Shown here: piece by piece, positions 56,103 to 64,000 of the stretch
Layout of the letters: the number at the start of each line of letters is the position of its first letter
Numbering within the stretch: the first letter of the stretch is position 1
DNA from: a candidate division WWE3 bacterium RIFOXYC1_FULL_40_10
GTDB lineage: Bacteria > Patescibacteriota > WWE3 > UBA101185 > UBA10185
Direction: 5' to 3'
NCBI GenBank assembly: GCA_001773215.1
Contig: MEWB01000001.1
Coordinates: 806,099-870,098 of the forward strand
Length of the DNA: 64,000 bases
Notes under the pieces: generated by a model
What the model was told of the DNA's origin: nothing
What the model saw: the letters and a program-made list of their open reading frames with translations, nothing else
Databases searched by the model: none
Position numbers and translations under genes: made by a program

Positions 56103-56426
56103 ATGCTTTCCAAAATTGATTTAACAAAAATCGAGGAAATTTCAGCCAGAGTCTTTGATCAGAAGTTTGATCAGAAGTTTGATCAAAGATTTGACAAGAA
56201 GTTTGATGAAAAGTTTGGCCCTGCATTTTATAAGCATATGGACTTTTATGTTGAAACAAAGCTCAGAGGATTAATTTCCGACGAAATAAAAAAACAAGTT
56301 GGAAATTTGCCAACGAGAGACGAATTTTACGAACGAATGGACAAACTAATTTCTGAAGTGGCTTTTTTCAGGCAAGAGTATCCGCTTATTATGGCCAGAC
56401 TAGATCAAATCGCCCGAGTAGAGTAG
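56103..56426 (+). CDS. Hypothetical protein with (FDxK)5 repeat encoded by five 12-nt tandem repeats
   Basis: Repeat 56154-56213. Confidence 0.45.
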   Translation: MLSKIDLTKIEEISARVFDQKFDQKFDQRFDKKFDEKFGPAFYKHMDFYVETKLRGLISDEIKKQVGNLPTRDEFYERMDKLISEVAFFRQEYPLIMARLDQIARVE

Positions 56427-56439
56427 CTCTGGTTCTTTT

Positions 56440-58227
56440 TTGCCCGATGTGGTATACCAAAACTCAATGGATGCAGTAGCTCAAATAAAACAAAGCCTTG
56501 ATATTGTTGATGTTGTTGGGGGATATGTAAGTCTCAAAAAGTCAGGGCGAAATTACAAGGGCGTTTGTCCCTTTCATAGTGAAAAAACTCCTTCTTTTAT
56601 GGTAAATCAGGAGCTGCAGATATTCAAATGCTTCGGCTGTGGCCAAGGTGGGGATATTTTCACCTTTGTGGAACAAATGGAGGGTTTGGATTTTGGTCGA
56701 ACACTAGAATTGTTGGCAGATAAGGCAAATATCAAACTTGAAAAAAAAGATTTTGATGTTCATTCCCAGCTCAAAAACAAAATATATAAAATCAACGAAA
56801 CAGCAGCGAGGTTTTTTAATTACTTGCTAACTAAACATTCATTGGGGAAAAAAGGGCTTTTGTACCTAAAGGACAAAAGACGATTAGAGGATGGAACTAT
56901 TGAAACTTTTTTACTAGGTTATGCCCCTGATTCTTGGGATACATTGCTGAAATTCCTGATAAAAAAAGGCTTCTCCGCAGCCGAGGTTATGCAAGCGGGG
57001 TTAGTGGTTCCCCGAAAAGGCGACGGTTCCGGTTATTACGACAAGTTTAGGGGAAGGATAATATTCCCATTCTTCGAGAGTGACGGAAAAATCGTGGGTT
57101 TTACAGGCAGAACAGTGATAGATCAGGAACCGAAGTATCTAAACTCTCCTGAGACGCCTGTATTTAATAAAAGTAATTATCTTTATGGTTTAGATAAGGC
57201 CAGAACAGCAATAAAAAAGCAAGGGGCAGTATTCGTAGAAGGGCAGGTTGATGTTATTTCAGCTCATCAAGCCGGAATCAAGAATGTTATTGCCACAACA
57301 GGCACTGCTTTGACTACCGGCCAATTAAACTTGCTAGCCCGATATACTAAAGACGTTACTTTATGCTTCGACTCAGATGAAGCGGGAATTTCGGCCACAA
57401 AAAGAGCTGTAGATTTGGCCGAGAAGCAAGGATTCAATATAAAGGTTGTGTCTATTCCTGCACCCTATAAAGACATTGATGAAATGTTGGGTAAAGATGT
57501 ACTTGGGGTTAAAAGAGGGCTGGAGAGCGGGGTGCCTGCCTATGATTTCTTTTTGGCCGATGCTCTAAAACGTTTTGATAAAAGCTCGGGGACAGGTAAA
57601 AAGAAGATAGTAGAAGCTCTTGCGCCAATTTTCGGGAAAATTTCCAGCCCTGTTCTCGCTGACCACTATCAAAAGAAAATAGCTGAAGAATTGGATATTT
57701 CTCCTGAAAATCTGGAAAAAGCTATGAGATTTGACAAAAAAGGTTATCTTACCGAAGAAACAGTATCCGGTTCGGAACCTTTTGTAGCCTTAGAAAACAC
57801 ACCGGAGCGGTATCTTATAACGCTTTTGATGGCTTCGGGTATTGACACTATAGGTGATTTTGTGTATAAGCTATCTTCAGAAGATTTCGTTGACCCGGTT
57901 GCAAGAGCCGTACATATACACATCCAAAAGCTATTTAAACCTGATTCCACTAAGTTTAATATCGAGGATGTTATAAATTCAGTCGAGGAAGAATATAAGG
58001 ACCCGGTGTTGGAAATGTATGTACTGTCTGGGGACTATGCCCAAAGCGATAAAACTTTAATAGCTATGCTTAAGTCTGCGTATCAACGGGTAAAAGGAAT
58101 TTCTGTAAAACGAAAACTTAAGTCGTTAACTGAGAAAATTAAGCTAGCCGAGCTTAGTGGTTCCGAAAAAGACGTAAAAAGACTAACGGAAGAGTTCTCT
58201 GAGTTGTCTAGAGAGCTAATTATTTAA
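56440..58227 (+). CDS. dnaG: DNA primase DnaG
   Basis: CHC2 zinc finger CPFHSEKTPSFMV...CFGCGQGGD; TOPRIM region EGQVDVISAHQAG. Confidence 0.85.
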   Translation: MPDVVYQNSMDAVAQIKQSLDIVDVVGGYVSLKKSGRNYKGVCPFHSEKTPSFMVNQELQIFKCFGCGQGGDIFTFVEQMEGLDFGRTLELLADKANIKLEKKDFDVHSQLKNKIYKINETAARFFNYLLTKHSLGKKGLLYLKDKRRLEDGTIETFLLGYAPDSWDTLLKFLIKKGFSAAEVMQAGLVVPRKGDGSGYYDKFRGRIIFPFFESDGKIVGFTGRTVIDQEPKYLNSPETPVFNKSNYLYGLDKARTAIKKQGAVFVEGQVDVISAHQAGIKNVIATTGTALTTGQLNLLARYTKDVTLCFDSDEAGISATKRAVDLAEKQGFNIKVVSIPAPYKDIDEMLGKDVLGVKRGLESGVPAYDFFLADALKRFDKSSGTGKKKIVEALAPIFGKISSPVLADHYQKKIAEELDISPENLEKAMRFDKKGYLTEETVSGSEPFVALENTPERYLITLLMASGIDTIGDFVYKLSSEDFVDPVARAVHIHIQKLFKPDSTKFNIEDVINSVEEEYKDPVLEMYVLSGDYAQSDKTLIAMLKSAYQRVKGISVKRKLKSLTEKIKLAELSGSEKDVKRLTEEFSELSRELII

Positions 58228-58266
58228 TAAATTCTGATACAATTTACATACTAAATTTAAAAACTT

Positions 58267-59379
58267 ATGCCAAGAAAAAAGAAAATCGATAAAACAGAAG
58301 CAGGGAACATGAACCTTAGTGAAAAGGACATGCAAAAGATTGTTACAAGAGGTAAAAAGCAAGGTTACCTATCTCTTGATGATGTGTTGGAATTATTTCC
58401 AAAAGCTGAGGAAGATATAGAATTGTTGGATTCCCTTTACGAGAAGCTGGCAGAAGCTGGTGTTAGTGTGTTTGACATCCAATCAGAAAAGGATGCCGCG
58501 AAGATCTCATCCATAGAAGATATCGACTTTTCAAAAATTAAACTGGACAAAACAACTTCTTCGGATCCGGTAAGAATGTATTTAAAGGAAATAGGAAACC
58601 ATGATTTACTAAATGCAGAAGAGGAAGTGGTATTAGCCAAAAAGGCTGAAAAAGGAGACGAAATTGCAGCAGCTCATTTGGCAAGAGCCAATCTGAGGCT
58701 GGTTGTATCTATCGCAAAAAAATACATGGGAAGGGGCTTGCAGTTTTTAGACCTCATCCAGGAGGGGAATATAGGTTTAATGAGGGCCGTTGATAAATTC
58801 GACTGGAGAAGAGGTTTTAAATTTTCTACATATGCAACTTGGTGGATTCGCCAAGCTATTACCCGTGCCATTGCTGATCAAGCCAAAACTATCCGTATAC
58901 CTGTTCACATGGTTGAAACGATAAATAAATACAAAAAGATTGAGCGCCAGCTTGAGCAAAAATACGAGCGCCCTCCCACTCCCGAAGAAGTTGCCAAGGT
59001 AATGGGAATTGAGCCCGAAAAAGCACATGAGATAGTGAAAATTTCTCAAGAAACCGCTTCCTTGGAGACTCCTGTTGGGAAAGAGGAAGATACCAGACTT
59101 AAAGAATTTATAGAAGATGAAACCTCGTTGTCACCTTTTGAGGCGGCGAGCAGGGATTTGTTAAAAGGCCATATCGGAGAGGTTTTGCACACACTAAACC
59201 CACGAGAACAGCGTGTGTTGGAATTGAGGTTTGGATTAAAAGACGGTAGAACCAGAACTTTAGAAGAAGTAGGCAAGGAGTTTGGAGTTACGAGAGAACG
59301 TATCAGGCAAATAGAAGCAAAAGCTTTGCGAAAACTCCGCCATCCCTCAAGAAGCAAGCGTTTAAGAGATTATCTATAA
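58267..59379 (+). CDS. rpoD: RNA polymerase sigma-70 factor RpoD
   Basis: Region 2 [44 protein letters not shown]; region 4 [13 protein letters not shown]...TLEEVG. Confidence 0.9.
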   Translation: MPRKKKIDKTEAGNMNLSEKDMQKIVTRGKKQGYLSLDDVLELFPKAEEDIELLDSLYEKLAEAGVSVFDIQSEKDAAKISSIEDIDFSKIKLDKTTSSDPVRMYLKEIGNHDLLNAEEEVVLAKKAEKGDEIAAAHLARANLRLVVSIAKKYMGRGLQFLDLIQEGNIGLMRAVDKFDWRRGFKFSTYATWWIRQAITRAIADQAKTIRIPVHMVETINKYKKIERQLEQKYERPPTPEEVAKVMGIEPEKAHEIVKISQETASLETPVGKEEDTRLKEFIEDETSLSPFEAASRDLLKGHIGEVLHTLNPREQRVLELRFGLKDGRTRTLEEVGKEFGVTRERIRQIEAKALRKLRHPSRSKRLRDYL

Positions 59380-59387
59380 AATAGAAA

Positions 59388-59418
59388 AGGTCTCCGTGTA
59401 GTTATGCCACGAAGACCT
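59388..59418. terminator. Bidirectional hairpin terminator between rpoD and the convergent small-ORF operon
   Basis: GGTCTCCGTG-N9-CACGAAGACC imperfect hairpin; T-run on the minus strand. Confidence 0.5.
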
Positions 59419-59431
59419 GTGTACTAGCTTC

Positions 59432-59716
59432 CTATTTTTTTTCCACATCTATCACAAGTAAGCTTTGCAGTTCCCCTTTCCGTTGTTCTAACCAGGGAGC
59501 CTCGGATACAACCACGGTTCTTTTCTCATGGTTCCATCCATGTACTTCAAAGGGACTCTTATATCCCCTAAATGACCGCAGACAAACGTATATGCGACTT
59601 TGTAACTTGATTTGTTCCCAAACGTATTCCCAGTCCGCAAGGCGGGTTTCGGCCAGAGGTATTTCGAAACCTAGCTTGTCGTACAAAAGAACTATTAGCA
59701 CCTTTTCAACTGTCAC
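59432..59716 (-). CDS. Small hypothetical protein, tandem paralog C
   Basis: Shares G..VV.E.P.L....G...SL.I..EK pattern with 59737..60021. Confidence 0.45.
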   Translation of the reverse strand: MTVEKVLIVLLYDKLGFEIPLAETRLADWEYVWEQIKLQSRIYVCLRSFRGYKSPFEVHGWNHEKRTVVVSEAPWLEQRKGELQSLLVIDVEKK

Positions 59717-59736
59717 ACTGCACCTCCTTTAGCATG

Positions 59737-60021
59737 TTATAACTGGATTGGTTTCTCGATTCCGATGACTAGCGAGAATCCACGAAGGTCAAGATTTAAG
59801 TGTGGGGACTCTACCACCAGAAGCGTTCCATTTTTCTCGTTGTAATCCAAAACTTGGAATTTTTCAAAAAACAGGCCCTGGGCTGTGCGAAGACCGATAT
59901 GAGCAATATGTGGACATTCTTCAGTTAGTTCTAGCCAGGCCTTCTTACTGATGTGCCCCAAAACGGGAGTTGATCCCAACGGTCCCACCATATGAACAGT
60001 AATCATTTTGTCTGTAGGCAT
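59737..60021 (-). CDS. Small hypothetical protein, tandem paralog B
   Basis: Paralog of 59432..59716. Confidence 0.45.
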   Translation of the reverse strand: MPTDKMITVHMVGPLGSTPVLGHISKKAWLELTEECPHIAHIGLRTAQGLFFEKFQVLDYNEKNGTLLVVESPHLNLDLRGFSLVIGIEKPIQL

Positions 60022-60037
60022 GCCGCGCTCCTTATTG

Positions 60038-60334
60038 CTATACCTCGAACTGACAGTTTACTTTGATGTCAATCACCGGATCTTCGGACTGCACTTGGTT
60101 GTTAGGCTCTTTCGCTAAGCGGACCACAACCTTTTCTTCCCCCATGAATTGGGCATATTTAATGTAGAATCTTTTCTCGGGGTGAGGTCTGTGCGCGTTT
60201 GATTTGTTCGGTTTTAAGACAATGTACCCGGTAGAATACTTGATTTGTTCTAAGAATGCTTTCCTTCCGATTGTTCCTAGCAGTATCGGAAGGCCATCGA
60301 AGACGGCATCTACATACACCTTAACTCTTGCCAT
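60038..60334 (-). CDS. Small hypothetical protein, tandem paralog A (more divergent)
   Basis: Similar size and C-terminal EEKVVVRLAKEP.. pattern. Confidence 0.4.
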   Translation of the reverse strand: MARVKVYVDAVFDGLPILLGTIGRKAFLEQIKYSTGYIVLKPNKSNAHRPHPEKRFYIKYAQFMGEEKVVVRLAKEPNNQVQSEDPVIDIKVNCQFEV

Positions 60335-60375
60335 ATCTGCTCCTTATAATATAGGTTATGCTGATTTTACAAGGT

Positions 60376-61932
60376 TTAAAGTCTTTTGTAAATGTACACG
60401 TCTGATAAAGGTATAAGGTTTGGTTTTGGCAAAACAAAGCTATTTATAAGGGAAAATTTACTTGGATCACTAACTAGCAACTCAAAGTTCTTCCAGGCCT
60501 TTGCGTATTCTGGGTAAGTTGTCGCCACAATGCTTTTCCTAAAGTTTTCCAGTGGGCGAGACGAAAGGATTACGTAATCATATCTTTCGGGATTTTCGGG
60601 GTAAAAAAGGGACGCGCCCTTTGATTCGTAAACCTGGAACTGTTTTACATCCCCGCCTTTTAATTTGTTCATGGGATCCAAGCCTTCCTCGGTATAAACA
60701 AGAACCGGTGCCAGCTCAGGGAGGTTATCCTTAGCCCAGATGTAAGCCTCTGATTTTGGTGTATTTCTTTGAAATTGAGCTAGAAGCAAAATTGTATTTT
60801 GAAGGTAATACCCTGCCGTCAAAACAACTGCGATCACCCCAAAGTTTCTTACAGCCTTTTTGGAATCTTGGATCAAGTGTACTATACCGTATGCTGCATA
60901 CATGATTACGATCGGAAGTATGGGGAGCAGCCACCTGTCCACTCTTCGGGACTGGATCGAGTAGAAAGCGAAATAAACTAAGATATTTAGCGTCATAAAG
61001 ATATGAATTACTCTTGTAGTCTTGTCAGTCGCTTTCAAGGTTTTGAGTTTCCCGTAAAGAGAAAATACTAGTATTGGTAAAGTCGTCATAAATGAAAGTC
61101 CGACTAGATATTTATAAGGGCTGTGATCCACTGAATCAAAAACCAGTCCGCCTTCTACCCATAACATCTTGGCTATTCTAAATGCAAAATCTTGTATAAA
61201 AACAATTGAAAAAGGGTTGGTGGCCATGAAAGCGGCAATCGAAGTAAAAAGAAAACCCAACAAGCTTGTAACACTATTCTTTTTGAAATATACGTAAAAG
61301 AACAAAGGCAATGATATTAAGGCAGTAATTTTTGTGCCCACTGCTAAGCCAAAAAATACGCCTGCAAAAGAAGTGAGAAGGTTGTCGTTTTTGTTAGTGT
61401 AGCCCTCGTTAAGAAAAACAAATGAGATGCCTAGTAATAGGGTTAAAAAAATATCCTGATTTACATAATGGGCATGAACTATCAATTTCCAATTTAATGC
61501 CAACAGCGCGAATGTTAATAAACTAACTCCAAATGGTTGTTTGGAACCTTTAAATACTCGATGAGCTAAGATAGCGTAAACAATACAGACACCGAACGAA
61601 ATAAGCGCGTTTATGCTTCTCATAAACACGTAAAGGTCCATTTTTTGGGTTATGTCGCTAACCTTGTTATAAACCATTACGAGTGCTGTTAAAAAGTAGG
61701 TAGGAACAGTTCCGTAAACGTAGGAAATGGGAATGAATTCCTGGTAATTTTTGTTGGCAATAATCGATTTAAAGTCGTAGGTGTACTTTATTGCCAGTTC
61801 GGCAACTTCTGGTTCATCAGCGTAAAAGCTGTGAGGAAGCCCAAATTCTATGTGGTAAAATCGCCACCATAGTCCAAGTCCCCCGAAAAGCAGGATCGTA
61901 GCTACTGATGCAAGTTTTCTTAACGATAGCAT
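60376..61932 (-). CDS. GT-C fold membrane glycosyltransferase (PMT/ArnT-like), paralog 4
   Basis: Polytopic; N-loop FYADEP motif. Confidence 0.5.
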   Translation of the reverse strand: MLSLRKLASVATILLFGGLGLWWRFYHIEFGLPHSFYADEPEVAELAIKYTYDFKSIIANKNYQEFIPISYVYGTVPTYFLTALVMVYNKVSDITQKMDLYVFMRSINALISFGVCIVYAILAHRVFKGSKQPFGVSLLTFALLALNWKLIVHAHYVNQDIFLTLLLGISFVFLNEGYTNKNDNLLTSFAGVFFGLAVGTKITALISLPLFFYVYFKKNSVTSLLGFLFTSIAAFMATNPFSIVFIQDFAFRIAKMLWVEGGLVFDSVDHSPYKYLVGLSFMTTLPILVFSLYGKLKTLKATDKTTRVIHIFMTLNILVYFAFYSIQSRRVDRWLLPILPIVIMYAAYGIVHLIQDSKKAVRNFGVIAVVLTAGYYLQNTILLLAQFQRNTPKSEAYIWAKDNLPELAPVLVYTEEGLDPMNKLKGGDVKQFQVYESKGASLFYPENPERYDYVILSSRPLENFRKSIVATTYPEYAKAWKNFELLVSDPSKFSLINSFVLPKPNLIPLSDVYIYKRL

Positions 61933-62018
61933 AAGGCAAATTATACTATCTGTGCGTAATTACTGCCTGGGTTATTTTGAGCTATACTTGTTCAATGTCC
62001 AATAACTATGAGACACCA

Positions 62019-64000
62019 ATGATGGTTCAATACAATGAGTTAAAATCCCATTATTCGGATTGTATTCTGTTTTACAGATTAGGTGATTTTTACGAAATGT
62101 TTAACGAAGATGCGAAAATCGGCGCTGAAATTTTGGATATTACACTTACAAAAAAAGCACTGGGAAAAGACGGAAATATTCCAATGGCAGGAGTTCCGTA
62201 CCACGCGGTAGATTCTTATATTTCAAAGTTAGTTAAGGCGGGATACAAGATTGCACTTTGCGAGCAGTTAACGGAGCCAAAAGCGGGGGAGTTAGTAGAA
62301 AGAGGCGTAGTGCGTATTATTACTCCGGGAACTTTGTTGGACGATGTATCTCTTCAAAAAAAAGAAAATAATTATATCTGCTCCTTTTATTTTGAAAAGA
62401 ATTTGCTGGGGGTTGCAATTGCCGATATTTCAACGGGGGTATTTTATTCATCTCAATATTCGGCTGATAATTTTGGTAATTTTGTGTTAAACGATTTGTT
62501 TAAATATTCTCCGGCCGAGTGCGTTTTACCGGAAGTTTTATATAACAACCCACAGATACTTAAAGTGTTAAAAGTTCATAAAAATATGAATATCTTTCGA
62601 TATTCCCAATGGGACGATTCGATTTCGATTGTTAGAAATCACTTTTCTGATGTATACCTGCGCAGTGCCGGTTTTACGGATTTATCGGCGGCTCAAAAAG
62701 TTTCGAGCGGTTTACTCTCGTATTTAAAATACACTCAAAACGGAAATATAGATCACATTAGAGATCTGAAAATGCTGGTGAGCGATGAAATTTTGGATTT
62801 AGACAGGTCTACGATTGCAAATTTAGAACTGATAAAAAATTTAAGTGATGAGTCAAAAAGAGGAACATTGGTAAGTTTTTTGGATAAAACTAAAACTCCT
62901 ATGGGAGGAAGATTATTAAGAAACTGGGTGATCAAGCCAAGTTGTAACAAAAAGGAGATTACTAACAGATTATCGGCGGTTGAAGAACTGGCTAAAAGTA
63001 AAAAGGCAAAAAATCTTGAGGATTTGCTGGCAGGCATTTGTGATATAGAAAGACTAATTGCACGATTATCCGTTGGAAGAGGAAATCCAAAAGACCTTGT
63101 AATGTTGAAACAGGCTTTGTGGTTGGCAAAAAAGCTTACAACTGGGGTAAACGCCTATAAGGCAACAAAGCTTAAGACTCTGTCGGTGGGAATCGGCAGA
63201 AAACTTGAAACATTAGCTTTATACATTGATAAAACAATATCCGATGACCCTCCTTTTGATCCTAAATCCTTGGGTGTAATAACAAAAGGAGTAAATGCTG
63301 ATTTAGACAAACTTAGAACTACAGTGGAAAAAAGCAAATATTTTATTTCGGATTTGGAAGCAAAAGAAAGAAAAAAAAGCGGAATTAATTCACTAAAAGT
63401 TAAATTTAATCAGGTTTTTGGCTATTATATCGAGATTACTAAATCCAATTTAGACTCAGTACCGGAAAATTATATTCGTAAGCAAACTCTTGTTAATGCA
63501 GAAAGGTACATAACTCCTGAATTAAAAGAGCATGAGGAAATAATACTAACCGCTCAGGAAATAATGCAAAAATTGGAGACCGCCATTTTTCTAGATGCAG
63601 TCGAAAAGGTTTTAGCTAATACTTCGGATATTCAACATCTGTCTACAAAAATCGCAGAATTCGACTGCTTGTATTCGTTTGCACGGCTGGCTAAGGAAAA
63701 AGATTTGGTTAAACCAAAAATAACTCTTGATAATGAGATAGAAATAGTAGACGGCAGGCATCCAATGGTTGAAGAAAATATGGAAGAAATACTGTTTGTT
63801 CCAAACGATACTTTATTGAATTCTTCCGATCATCAGTTGTTATTAATAACAGGCCCCAATATGGCGGGAAAGTCTGTTTATATAAGACAAACGGCATTAA
63901 TTGTTTTGATGGCTCATATAGGGTGTTTTGTCCCTTGCAAAAGAGCAAAAATAGGGCCTACGGATAAAATATTTGTTCGAAGTGGGGCTTATGACGCGAT
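62019..64000 (+). CDS. mutS: DNA mismatch repair protein MutS (5' part; continues beyond the window)
   Basis: N-terminal mismatch-binding domain MMVQYNELKSHYSDCILFYRLGDFYEMFNEDA; Walker A ITGPNMAGKS near the window end; open frame to base 64000. Confidence 0.85.
   Translation, partial: MMVQYNELKSHYSDCILFYRLGDFYEMFNEDAKIGAEILDITLTKKALGKDGNIPMAGVPYHAVDSYISKLVKAGYKIALCEQLTEPKAGELVERGVVRIITPGTLLDDVSLQKKENNYICSFYFEKNLLGVAIADISTGVFYSSQYSADNFGNFVLNDLFKYSPAECVLPEVLYNNPQILKVLKVHKNMNIFRYSQWDDSISIVRNHFSDVYLRSAGFTDLSAAQKVSSGLLSYLKYTQNGNIDHIRDLKMLVSDEILDLDRSTIANLELIKNLSDESKRGTLVSFLDKTKTPMGGRLLRNWVIKPSCNKKEITNRLSAVEELAKSKKAKNLEDLLAGICDIERLIARLSVGRGNPKDLVMLKQALWLAKKLTTGVNAYKATKLKTLSVGIGRKLETLALYIDKTISDDPPFDPKSLGVITKGVNADLDKLRTTVEKSKYFISDLEAKERKKSGINSLKVKFNQVFGYYIEITKSNLDSVPENYIRKQTLVNAERYITPELKEHEEIILTAQEIMQKLETAIFLDAVEKVLANTSDIQHLSTKIAEFDCLYSFARLAKEKDLVKPKITLDNEIEIVDGRHPMVEENMEEILFVPNDTLLNSSDHQLLLITGPNMAGKSVYIRQTALIVLMAHIGCFVPCKRAKIGPTDKIFVRSGAYDA

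Overview
This 64-kb window is a gene-dense, low-GC bacterial chromosome segment with short intergenic spaces, frequent overlapping start and stop codons, and several genes with weak Shine-Dalgarno sequences. Truncated aminoacyl-tRNA synthetases, many paralogous GT-C membrane glycosyltransferases, small pilin-like membrane proteins and giant surface proteins point to a reduced Candidate-Phyla-Radiation (Patescibacteria)-like genome; this is inference only. The housekeeping backbone comprises rplY (L25/Ctc), valS, proS, dnaA with DnaA-box-bearing flanks that are a candidate oriC, murT/gatD, an O-antigen-ligase-like gene, tsaD, smpB, rlmN, comFC, a 391-nt tmRNA, dnaG, rpoD and the 5' part of mutS. 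There are five tRNAs: Ser-GCU, Arg-GCG, Ala-CGC, Ser-CGA and Ser-GGA. Two accessory regions stand out. The first, at 20.5-32.3 kb, is a module inserted between tsaD and smpB. It holds two pilin-like two-helix proteins, a small bitopic protein, a 1,525-aa membrane protein with an N-terminal ~1,000-aa cytoplasmic region and an extracellular M23/LytM-like peptidase domain, a VirB6/TrbL-like polytopic membrane protein, and a 1,520-aa secreted protein. The two giants share a distinctive Cys-rich module, and no secretion ATPase lies in the window, so this is the best candidate for an undescribed envelope or host-attachment system. A second pilin-like pair at 10.1-10.8 kb sits next to a coiled-coil SpoIID/LytB peptidoglycan-remodelling protein. 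The second region, at 42.2-46.9 kb immediately downstream of tRNA-Ser(GCU), is an array of degenerate copies of the tRNA 3' end. Each copy precedes a consensus sigma70-like promoter and a small ORF, followed by a ParB-like nuclease-domain gene and unknown ORFs up to tRNA-Arg and tRNA-Ala; this looks like an integration hotspot or cassette-like island without a recognisable integrase. Four GT-C (PMT/ArnT-like) glycosyltransferase paralogs, three tandem small paralogous ORFs and an alkyltransferase-like Ogt homolog are also present. No CRISPR array, IS element or rRNA was seen.
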